From Phoronis australis (Eukaryota; Animalia; Phoronida), in the NCBI GenBank assembly GCA_002633005.1, contig NMRA01000410.1:24464-88463 (forward strand): a stretch of DNA of 64,000 nucleotides, given 5' to 3'. How positions within the stretch are numbered: the first letter of the stretch is position 1; the number at the start of each line of letters is the position of its first letter. Position numbers and translations under genes: made by a program. The notes under the pieces were generated by a model. That model ran no database searches. It was not told where the DNA came from and saw nothing but the letters and a program-made list of their open reading frames with translations. Shown here one piece after another: positions 1 through 10,409 of the stretch.

Positions 1-408
1 TGTTTTTTGCAGTTTTTGATATGAATTTGGTGATTTTAAGCTTTTAAAGACCTTTTAGCCTGAAAAATCCACTGTCAAAAATGAAAACATCAGTTTTCCT
101 AAAAACAAATTTTTTGACAGCTGAGCTCTCGGGCTAAATGGCTAAGGCTTTAAGGGCTGTTCCAGCAAAATCTGTGTGGGAGGGGGGGGGAAGGCAACTG
201 AAATAAAAATTTATGGGTGGTTGCGTTTGATTTAAATTCAAAATGGCTGGTGGTCGTACTTCAAAAAAATAAAAATTTACAGGTCGTTGTTGTTTCATTG
301 GGCCATAAATGTTTGATGGTGGGTAATTTTAGTAAATTTTATAAACAATCCGCACAGAATCAAAAACGGAAACAAAAATGCAACTTGCAAAAAGCTCCGA
401 CTTTTTCA

Positions 409-1094
409 NNNNNNNNNNNNNNNNNNNNNNNNNNNNNNNNNNNNNNNNNNNNNNNNNNNNNNNNNNNNNNNNNNNNNNNNNNNNNNNNNNNNNNNNNNNN
501 NNNNNNNNNNNNNNNNNNNNNNNNNNNNNNNNNNNNNNNNNNNNNNNNNNNNNNNNNNNNNNNNNNNNNNNNNNNNNNNNNNNNNNNNNNNNNNNNNNNN
601 NNNNNNNNNNNNNNNNNNNNNNNNNNNNNNNNNNNNNNNNNNNNNNNNNNNNNNNNNNNNNNNNNNNNNNNNNNNNNNNNNNNNNNNNNNNNNNNNNNNN
701 NNNNNNNNNNNNNNNNNNNNNNNNNNNNNNNNNNNNNNNNNNNNNNNNNNNNNNNNNNNNNNNNNNNNNNNNNNNNNNNNNNNNNNNNNNNNNNNNNNNN
801 NNNNNNNNNNNNNNNNNNNNNNNNNNNNNNNNNNNNNNNNNNNNNNNNNNNNNNNNNNNNNNNNNNNNNNNNNNNNNNNNNNNNNNNNNNNNNNNNNNNN
901 NNNNNNNNNNNNNNNNNNNNNNNNNNNNNNNNNNNNNNNNNNNNNNNNNNNNNNNNNNNNNNNNNNNNNNNNNNNNNNNNNNNNNNNNNNNNNNNNNNNN
1001 NNNNNNNNNNNNNNNNNNNNNNNNNNNNNNNNNNNNNNNNNNNNNNNNNNNNNNNNNNNNNNNNNNNNNNNNNNNNNNNNNNNNNNNNNNNNNN
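409..1094. other. Assembly gap (N run)
   Basis: Continuous Ns; ORFs 217..1098, 329..1114 and 378..1139 are artefacts of this gap. Confidence 0.99.
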
Positions 1095-1740
1095 ATAATT
1101 AATGAATACTGCAAGAGTGACTTACTTTCATGTAGATAATAATTAATGAATACTGCAAGAGTGACTTACTTTCATGTAGATAATAATTAATGAATACTGC
1201 AAGAGTGACTTACTTTCATGTAGATAATAATTAATGAATACTGCAAGAGTGACTTACTTTCATGTAGATAATAATTAATGAATACTGCAAGAGTGACTTA
1301 CTTTCATGTAGATAATAATTAATGAATACTGCAAGAGTGACTTACTTTCATGTAGATAATAATTAATGAATACTGCAAGAGTGACTTACTTTCATGTAGA
1401 TAATAATTAATGAATACTGCAAGAGTGACTTACTTTCATGTAGATAATAATTAATGAATACTGCAAGAGTGACTTACTTTCATGTAGATAATAATTAATG
1501 AATACTGCAAGAGTGACTTACTTTCATGTAGATAATAATTAATGAATACTGCAAGAGTGACTTACTTTCATGTAGATAATAATTAATGAATACTGCAAGA
1601 GTGACTTACTTTCATGTAGATAATAATTAATGAATACTGCAAGAGTGACTTACTTTCATGTAGATAATAATTAATGAATACTGCAAGAGTGACTTACTTT
1701 CATGTAGATAATAATTAATGAATACTGCAAGAGTGACTTA
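1095..1740. repeat. Perfect 44-bp minisatellite, about 14.7 copies, abutting the gap
   Basis: Unit ATAATTAATGAATACTGCAAGAGTGACTTACTTTCATGTAGATA repeats with period 44 (AATGAA at 1101, 1145, ...) with no visible variants. It probably continues into the gap. Confidence 0.97.
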
Positions 1741-2039
1741 AGAAATTCCATAGTTGATAACAAAGGTGTCCAATTACTTTGACATCAGAATTTATAGAGA
1801 ACAGAAAACAGTTCATCTGCAGGTGACCATTTGTGGAATCAGGGTTTTACTTGACCCATGTACTGGTATATGAGGGCTCTTGTTTCACTAACGCTACCAA
1901 GGAAACTTTGAATTTCCCAACTAATTAATATCATTAGTGTTACTGTTATTCTTGTTTAGAATTAGTTTAATTCCTTGTTCTGATGGTTACAATCATTCAC
2001 AATATTTACATCATTTCTACATTATAAGACAAAAGTTAT

Positions 2040-2340
2040 CAGACAGGATACTGTTTCTCCGTCATGGTGGCTAATTCTCTTAACTACAATGACTAGCAAT
2101 AACTCTCGGCAACGAAATTCTTATTACAGAATGGCTTAGCCTCCTTACTAACTTTCCTGTCCATTCCCCTGCATTCTCAGTCTTGGGGGAAGGCTAATTT
2201 GACAATGAATTTTGCTTCCGCCCAGCCGTCACAACGGGGGAATTCCAGGTCATTTTGTCCGAATACTTTGGTGTGTACTGTACCTTCCAGGTTGCGTTCT
2301 TTCGCAAGCTGGCAACTGAAAAGTTTGTGCTAATGTGTTT
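2040..2340 (+). repeat. Dispersed repeat, related to about 14760-15050
   Basis: Shared blocks cagacagg/aaatac..catgg/acggctaattct.ttaac and cttactaactttcctgt at both loci. Boundaries approximate. Confidence 0.6.
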
Positions 2341-2418
2341 GAAAAGCACAGCGTTGAATTTTTAATTTTAGAGGACGAAATTGCAAAATCAATGCACACA
2401 AATTCTTTTTCTTCGCAG

Positions 2419-2508
2419 GGTGATGGTAGATACCTCATTTCCAACTGCAAGGACCAGACAATCAAGCTATGGGATATGAGGAAGTTCTCATCTCAAGAAG
2501 CTCAGGTC
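2419..2508 (+). CDS. DCAF11: DCAF11/WDR23 internal exon (GDGRYLISNCKDQTIKLWDMRKFSSQEAQV)
   Basis: Acceptor tttttcttcgcAG and donor GTGAGT at 2509 (alternative in-frame GT at 2506). WD40 ending IKLWD; matches my recollection of human DCAF11 GDARYLISNSKDQTIKLWDIRRFSS. Confidence 0.92.
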
Positions 2509-2771
2509 GTGAGTATTAGGCAGTGGATTTTACGACAAATACTTATTTGAAATCTATGAAACCGTGTACCTCACCAGCTGAGCTGGTTGGAGCAACAGAG
2601 GCTAAGCGCCCTGCCAAGAACACGACTGAACCAACCTTGGCTTGAACTCTTGACCTTTTGGTTCAGGTCCCGCCTCATTCAGGTGTTGCTTTGATGTTGT
2701 GTGGCATTGTATCATTGGTTGTGGTGCTTGATAATTTTATCGACATTTACCATTAAAATGTTCTATTTCAG

Positions 2772-2835
2772 GCCACCAAAAAAGCTGTATCAAGGCAATC
2801 CTGGGACTATAGGTGGCAGCAGGTGCCTAAGAAAG
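2772..2835 (+). CDS. DCAF11: DCAF11 exon (ATKKAVSRQSWDYRWQQVPKK)
   Basis: ttctatttcAG acceptor and AAG|GTACTC donor. WDYRWQQVPKK is the DCAF11 hallmark; phase fits both neighbouring exons. Confidence 0.93.
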
Positions 2836-4492
2836 GTACTCGTTTAGAAAACTTTTGTTCAAGTGAGGTTGCGCTCAAATTATGGAGTACGGAATTCAGC
2901 GAGTAAACATTTCTAGTAATTCGTGAGGGATGGAACTTATAGGCATTGTTTTTGGCGTGTTAAGCTGTCTCATCTTAGTTTTAAGTTACAGGTTTTTTGG
3001 CTCATTGAAAGCGTGCACTAATACTTTGAAACTATATTATGCCCGCAACAAGTATATTTGACTGGTCTGTGCCCAGGCTGATTTTGAGACTTGAACCTCG
3101 CTGCTCGAAATAAAAGGAGGACCTGCCAAAGATATTTTATTATTCCTGCCTCCTGGTTTGATTTGAAGAAATTACATACAGTTGATCTGATGTCAGGTGA
3201 ATTTTTGTTTTTAATTTGAAAGTATTGACTAAACGTTCCACATCACCACAGTAATTTTCACATGATCAAAGGCTAGAATGACGTATTATTTAAATTGATA
3301 TTGATATGAGAATAGCAAACAGCATATATTTTATTAATTTAGAATTGAGTATAGGAGGAGGGATTCAAGTGAATCAACATTTTGTAAAGAGACAATTATC
3401 TCTAAATTCTCAGTTCCCCCATCATGGTACTTATAGACATGTCCCTATCATACCGATGATGTCAGTAAGATCAAACTCACATCACTGTAAGATGTTGTGA
3501 AGCTGTCAAATCTGCTTTCCCATGCTAATCTAGTGCATATTCAAAGAAACAACATAAAATTTTATTTCTTGGTTTTGCACCTGTGAAGAGAAGTCATTCA
3601 AGTACTGAGATAGTCGAGTTTCACACGATTACATCAGTCATGTAGAGGTCACAGGAAATATTTTTGGCTGACTTCAAAATTGCAAATTTTTGTCCTTTGA
3701 AACTATACTTAATAAGCTTGAGTGGCAATAAACCTGCCTTTCATCACAAAAAAACAACTTATGATTTATACCACTTGTTATGAAATTGATATCGAATTGT
3801 TGTGTTATCACATTGGATGTGATTTCAGAGCTTTGAAAGAGCTGACAGTTTGTTATTGTCCAAGACCAAGTTGGCTTGTCATGACACACCACGTTATGCA
3901 CCGAGCATGGTCTCACGACAAAAAGGGAACTCTTAGTTCTTTGTAAACTCAGAAATCACTTCTCATCTAAGTAAGAAACAAGGACAGTCTTTAAAATATC
4001 TGTTTGCCCTTACCCGACCCTACTTTTAAAATATGGGTAGGTAGGTAGGCAAAAAAATTCATACTATTGCTATTATTCCTCAACCAGCGAGCCACGCCTT
4101 CTTCAAGAGTCTTGAGAAATTAACAACTAACTTTGAGATTTTGTTGAAGGATTTTTGCCATTTTTTATAATGAAACAACTTAAGGACTTATTCCTGGGCT
4201 GTGTCATCAATCAAGCAAAAGGGCAAAATTGATTACAGCACTTTATATAGAGTAATAAATAAAAAGTCGGTGGAATTTTCTCAATAAAATTTTCTGAGTC
4301 GGTGGGTTTTTTGCAAGTCCATTGAGTTGGGGCAAACGAACTTAATTTTTATTTAAGTCCAGATCAATTCTATGGCGATAAGTGGTTGAAATAAAAAGTT
4401 CTGTTTTTGAGGGAATGCAAGGTTCATAGTCACATAAATAATTTAAGATATTTGTAAAGAATTTTAGTAGAAACAAGTTTTTATTTCTTCAG

Positions 4493-4645
4493 TCTTGAGG
4501 AGAAAGAAGCTTGAGGGTGACTCATCACTGATGACATATGCAGGACACAGCGTGCAGTACACACTGGTTCGATGTCATTTCTCACCACAGCACACTACAG
4601 CACAGAGATACATTTATACTGGCTGTGCTGTAGGCAATGTTGTCA
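4493..4645 (+). CDS. DCAF11: DCAF11 exon (VLRRKKLEGDSSLMTYAGHSVQYTLVRCHFSPQHTTAQRYIYTGCAVGNVV)
   Basis: tttcttcAG acceptor, GTAAGT donor, 153 nt, phase 1-1. Resembles DCAF11 GDSSLMTYRGHGVLHTLIRCRFSP..TGQQFIYSGC. Confidence 0.93.
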
Positions 4646-4880
4646 GTAAGTAGTCCATACCTTCGTGTCTGCCACATGCATTTATTCTGGCTGGTTCCCA
4701 ACTTACATGTTAGATGGCCCAGCAGAGACCTTTTTAGGCCTGAAAGCTTGACTTGATTCTGTAACGTTTTTGCTACAAGGTCGCAGCTTAGTGGTAAAAG
4801 GAGGTTTAAATCCCATTGCGTGTTTCCGCAAATTTGAGCATGAGACAACTAGATAAATGTTTAAGCATATACATTCATCG

Positions 4881-4936
4881 ACGCACACACACACGCACAC
4901 ACACACACAGGCACGCACACACACACACACACACAC
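4881..4936. repeat. (CA)n microsatellite with GC interruptions
   Basis: Direct read: acgcacacacacacgcacac... Confidence 0.95.
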
Positions 4937-5089
4937 TGGTGTTGACTGACATGAGAGACATAGCAGTGGTCAATAGGATTTAAACAGTTTCTAGTTTACA
5001 TAAACTGTGGAAGACTCTGGAATTCATTATGTTGGTCATGTCACTGTTGGCAGATATTAAAGAAATAAAACTTGATTTGTTTGTTTCAG

Positions 5090-5196
5090 TATATGATGTC
5101 TTGTCTGGAAGGATCGTTTCTAAGCTGGATGGACACAAGGCATGTGTCCGAGATGTGTCCTGGCATCCATATGAACATTCCATTGTCAGCACCTCG
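5090..5196 (+). CDS. DCAF11: DCAF11 exon (IYDVLSGRIVSKLDGHKACVRDVSWHPYEHSIVSTS)
   Basis: ttgtttcAG acceptor and GTAAGG donor. HKACVRDVSWHP matches the last WD40 repeat of DCAF11. Confidence 0.94.
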
Positions 5197-5659
5197 GTAA
5201 GGAAACTTTGAGTGAGCTCGTCATGAATGCGGTTTCAACGGCCTTACTAGAATGGGGCAATGTTTTTGTTCGAAGCACACAAAGATAAACCCGTGCGTGT
5301 TTGGACTTGGTTTTACTTTGCAACAGTCACGGGAATACAAATCCGTGAGAGGAGACTGGCGTGCTTGAGAGAAGGTTTTTTTGGGCGGGTAGCCAGGGCA
5401 GAAACTACGAACGAGTACCCCTTGTGGTCAAGTTGTTGCCTCCTTGAAATTGGTAACCACCCCCAGAAACATACTGGTACACTGTGGATGAATATCAACG
5501 TGTTGCGTTGTTCTTGTTATCATTATTGACATGCTTAGCACTGTCAGTAATGTTGATTAAGTTTGCTCTCTTGTCAATTTCAATTCTTGACAATGTGATG
5601 TGCTTTGGTCAATAGAGGGATTTGGCCAATTACGATCATAAACGTCTAAATTTCAATTA

Positions 5660-6215
5660 CTGTTATTTTAAATGATAATTCTCCACTTATTTCGCACAAA
5701 ATAAATTAAATAATTTTTCTTGGTAGTTGGGGTGTGTCAAATTAAATGACTATACAGACTGCGTGGTTGACGGGTGTACGAAATTAAGTAACCAAGCATT
5801 GGCCACTCTCTGTGTTAATTTAATGAAGTATTGACTATAGGTTACCAAGGTGATCCAATTAACAGTAATTAAATCACATTATCCTATTCCAATATTAGAA
5901 TACTTTACCCGATCATTCGTGAAACACTCTTTTGAGTACATGACTGAGTGACATCATACTCGTCCTGGCCACACCTTTCACCTCATATTTACAACAACAT
6001 GAGATAATCCCCATTTCAAAGGGATGAATTAGTGATGATTATAGAATTTACTACAATTAATGACTAGGCTTTGTGTTGATATTTTCTGAAATGCAAAACT
6101 GACTGAGTGCAAATTAGTTGAGGCTAGAAATTCCCAACAAATAGCCTCGTACGAAATAACTGACGGACAAAATATTATTTTTCAAAATAACTTTGGGTAT
6201 GCAAAGTGAGATGAG
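5660..6215 (+). repeat. Dispersed repeat, second copy at about 56645-57215
   Basis: Colinear blocks aattctccacttattt.gcacaaaat..ttggggtgtg..atacagact, gttgatattttctga and caaaatattatttttt..gggtatg in both places. Confidence 0.75.
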
Positions 6216-6371
6216 TGGAAAATTATCATAAGTGCAACATCTGGGTTATTTCATAAGAGTAATGGCTAGATTTTAGGCCGTACGTTTATTCTAAGGGAAT
6301 AGAACCCTCAGAAGCTACTCGGCAATGTTGAGAACACTTAAAACATAAATTTCTCTTTCACCCCTTCACAG

Positions 6372-6545
6372 TGGGATGGTGACATCAAGAAGTGGGTATA
6401 TCATCCTAAACGTCAGTTGGACTCGTCAGATGAAGAAGATAACGACGGTGATGATAGTGACAGAGACAGTGATGTCTGTGACGAAGGACCTCGACGCAGT
6501 AAACGACTGAGGCACAATCCCTTCAGAAGATTTGTGCGTCTTTAG
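6372..6545 (+). CDS. DCAF11: DCAF11 terminal coding exon (WDGDIKKWVYHPKRQLDSSDEEDNDGDDSDRDSDVCDEGPRRSKRLRHNPFRRFVRL*)
   Basis: ccccttcacAG acceptor; joins in phase 0 to give SWDG..W as in DCAF11; TAG at 6543-6545. Confidence 0.9.
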   Translation, partial: WDGDIKKWVYHPKRQLDSSDEEDNDGDDSDRDSDVCDEGPRRSKRLRHNPFRRFVRL

Positions 6546-9500
6546 CGAGGCCCAATTTACATAGGGCGCAGTTTGTTGGTCCAAAAAGTAGGCTAACGTA
6601 TTTTGATATTTAACATCTACTGAGACAGTTGTGGTGCATTAATTTGTAAATTAATCAACACAAAGGATACCAGTAGGTCTTCCATTCTCTGCGGATAGAA
6701 GACGCCATGTGGAGGTCAAGATCAATCACCACCCAAATTGTCTGTTCACATACAAATTTTACTATTCACCTGCTGAAGGTTTATCTTTTCACAAATAGTG
6801 TAAGACATTTGTTGGTACTGCACTCTAATAGGAGTACAAGATGCCAGTGATCAGTTATGTACTTTTAAGTGTTAACTCTAATCAGTTGAACTTGGCCTTT
6901 CTTCTATGAAACATCTAATGCATTTTCCAGATTGGCTTTTGTTTGGTTTAGGGCGCCCTTAAAATATTTTTTGTTCCCCCTCACCTGACTGTCCCTGCTC
7001 TAAGGTGGGTAAGTCGGTGATATAGCATATCTTTTCACTTGTTATTGTCGTGCCACTAACGAATTACTCTTTTGTCAGATATCAGATAAAGTTTGAGTAG
7101 CGTGCAATCCCTGGCATGCATATTTTATGGTCGGTCACATGAGGGGAAACCGACGTTTAATTTGCGCCTTACACATAATGCGAACCAGAGGGTACTGAGC
7201 GGAGCTGAGATACCATGGTGTTACAAAGTTATCAGGCTCATCTACTGTTTTCCATTTATTAAGATTAAAAGGCTGTTTTGAAATATTTTAAGTAAAGAGC
7301 ACGTTAATGATGGTTGTTGATTTCTGGAGGAAAATCCCAGTTGATAAATTGTTCATTATTTTCATAAATGCTGTACTTTCCAGTGAAATTCGCCGTTGCT
7401 TAAACAGTGCTAAGTGTTTTATCGTAGAATGTATAGTAGGAAATTGTACATTTGTCTGTTTTTCAAAATTGCATAAAATCTTCCACAAGAAGGTTGCAGT
7501 TTAAACATTGTATCATACATACCTGGTGACTAGAAGTTGATTGGATGGCTGTAAAATTGATTGTTTTTATGGTTCAAAAGGTTTTATTCAGTATTTTGGT
7601 AGCAAGTGTTCTTTTAAGTATGTGTTGGTGAAGACCTCCGGAGCACTTTAATGTCCTTCGTGTCACGCTGTTCACAAGTTGAGAGGAACACGTCACGTGT
7701 CCCTGAACCTGCAAATGGCACATTAGCAACTATAAATAGAAGAGGTAATGGATACTCTTTCCTGTGTTACCACAAATTCCAAGTGCACAGAGTGTCAATT
7801 GGAAGAGGTTGCTAAAATAAGAAAATTTCATAAATTGTTGGCCTCTAAGTATTTGCTATGATTTTATCTACAGTTGAGTCAAGAATTGTCATTCAACTTT
7901 GGTGACCATTTTGTTTGTGCACCACCAGAAATTCAAAAATTAAGCTTAAAAATTCTGTTCAATTTAGACTTGTCATTGTGAAAAATTGATGACATTTTTA
8001 AATAACAGTACTTGGTAATTAGTTTTTGATAAATCCATTTGAGTCAAATTTGAGTTAAAAAAAATTTTCTTGAACTCTTTGTACTACTAAATTTCAATGG
8101 AAAGAGGGTCTTTAAGGCCCACTGGATTGTTGAAGAAATCACAAATGAGAAAATTGGTGTAAATCTTGCACCCTTGATGATTTGTGTCTGAGATTTCACA
8201 CTTGTGTTTCGACATGTGAATGTAAACGTTACCTTGATTGATTTATTTTGTTTTAAATTTCCTCTTGTTTTGTTCAAGTTCGTTTTTGCTACAGTCTTCA
8301 AAAATGCTTATTGTGTGAAATGTTCGGAAATGTTAGTTATTGTGTGATCCTTGTTAATTGTTGAAACTCTAACCTGCACTAGCACTTTCCTTCTAATTGG
8401 TGATGATAACAAATATCACTGGTAAATTTGAATGACTAAAAGCAGAATTAACCTACTTGATATAATGTGATTGAATTTCTTGATGTGGTATGATTTAACT
8501 ATTTGGTAATGCAATTTTGTCATGATATACTGTCCAAAGTAGCCAGCATGTCTACACGGGATGATCAAAATTCCTGAGCACATCAAATTTTTGATCAGAG
8601 CATCTCACATATTCGCTAAAAGTAGTTCCACTGGCAGGGCAGATGTAACCATCACATTTATTATTGCCCACACAGATGCGTGGTTAGTTGCCTCTTGGTT
8701 TACAGGCCCTGAAGTCTTCAAAATTACATCACGGCCTCTTTGTGTTATAATTTCTTGTTATATTTAATTGTGAAATTACTTCCAAAGTGTCTGTGTGTTA
8801 AAGGGACATTCTCCGCGAATAAATAATTTCTTCTGAAATGAGCTACAGTGCAGCATAGACCACATTCGCTCAGCTGTTGCAGCCTAACTTTCTGCCGAAT
8901 CAAATGAGTCAAATCCCGCATGTTAACTGGTAGAGTATTTTAATCGTATTCAAGTGATAAAGACACAGGCGTTCACTTCAGTGAATAAGTGGTAGACAAT
9001 GGTAACGCATTTTGTTGTTTTATAGCTCTTGTCGAAGATAACAACTCCAAGAAGACTCATCCAGCAATAGTCCCAAAAATGCTTTTTTCAGCCGTAGAAC
9101 TGATGATGTCCCTATAACAATGTTCACTTAGGATTGTGTGAATTTCATCCCTTCCTAGTCCCTTATTCAATTTTGTCCTTTTTATGAGCTGTATATAATC
9201 ATTGGAATTATTTAATAAAGAAAATTAATCGGAAAGTTTAACATGTTTGACTGACATTAATTTCAACTGGCTGTTATTCTCATGTTTCGTTCCACTTTGT
9301 TGTTGTGGTCACATCCTTAAAGTTCCCATAATGAACGTTAGATGTGAATGTTTTTTTATTGGAAAATCAGGGGCTTGTCACGTGAAATTGATTTACCGTT
9401 GGTCTGAGACAGAAATTAGGTTCTGCACTCCACAATTAGTGAATAAAAGGTTTAGTCGTGTAATTATTTGCACATCACTGCCTGGAAATAATTTATGCAA

Positions 9501-9854
9501 ATTATCTCTGTAAATAGGTATATTCTCAGACTTAACATTTTTGGTCAAGTGAGATTTAATTATTTTCCGGAAAAAGTTGTGTGGAGTGCAAGGTCAATAG
9601 ACCTCAGGTCTTAGTATTCCAAAGGTATCAAAGTACATGCAGTGTTGACAACTTGCAGAGCTCTTATGTAATTTAAAGTATTGATAGTCTAGTACATGTT
9701 GGCTGCAAATGTCAACTGCCAACATTCAACCAGTTCGTCTGTTTCACAGTAGGTCTGTTTGACAATGTCCACTGACTGAATATTCACCAGCATTTCTCCA
9801 AATTCACAAGAAGATTTCTGTGACTAGTTAGATTGAGGTTCCAGTTAAGTTCCC

Positions 9855-9892
9855 TATTAAAATTTTTTGTGTATTTGTGTTGTTCTTTAGTC

Positions 9893-9924
<32 letters not shown>

Positions 9925-9939
9925 TTATATATATATATT

Positions 9940-9972
<33 letters not shown>

Positions 9973-10018
9973 ATATATATGACTAAAGAACAACACAAAT
10001 ACACAAAAAAATTTAATA
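9855..10018. repeat. Near-perfect inverted repeat (about 39-bp arms) enclosing an (AT)n-rich tract
   Basis: attaaaattttttgtgtatttgtgttgttctttagtcat ... atgactaaagaacaacacaaatacacaaaaaaatttaat, with one mismatch. Confidence 0.93.
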
Positions 10019-10382
10019 TATATATTTATATCTTTTTCATCTTTATTATAAGCACCTCTTTGACTATTGACATTTTTAATATCACCATAAAACAACCCCT
10101 TAGTTCAATGAAGATCAATAGGGACTCGGTACTTAAATTATTAAGGGCATTGCATGAAAAATCACTTATTTTTAATGAAGAACAAATTCAATGTAGAGCT
10201 CATTCGTATCAGAGCCAAAAATTGACTAAGTAATGAAACTAAAACAGTATAAGAAAGGGAAATCAGTGTTATTCACAATTTGAAGACCACAAACGCGCTA
10301 GATTTAGGGAACTCAGGAGTAAAAGCACAATCATGTCCTCATAATAATTCTGATGGTTGTAGAACTGATTACACATTCACAG

Positions 10383-10409
10383 AATAAAGTTGTGTTTTGC
10401 ACATTTATT
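10383..10409. terminator. Facing poly(A) signals: AATAAA on + (10383-10388) and on - (10404-10409); the - signal is a candidate HNF4 poly(A) signal
   Basis: agAATAAAgttgtgttttgcacaTTTATTa. By eye, the + strand from here to 13100 is A-rich, as expected for a U-rich - strand 3'UTR. Confidence 0.45.

Noticed and set aside
1095-1740. 44-bp repeat as a CRISPR-like array
   Set aside because: Units are head-to-tail with no unique spacers, the context is a eukaryotic intron, and there are no cas genes; it is an ordinary minisatellite.
2643-2656. TGAACTCTTGACCT as a DR2 retinoic-acid response element
   Set aside because: It sits in what looks like a decayed SINE-like fragment (gcttgaac..gacc pattern), with no independent support.
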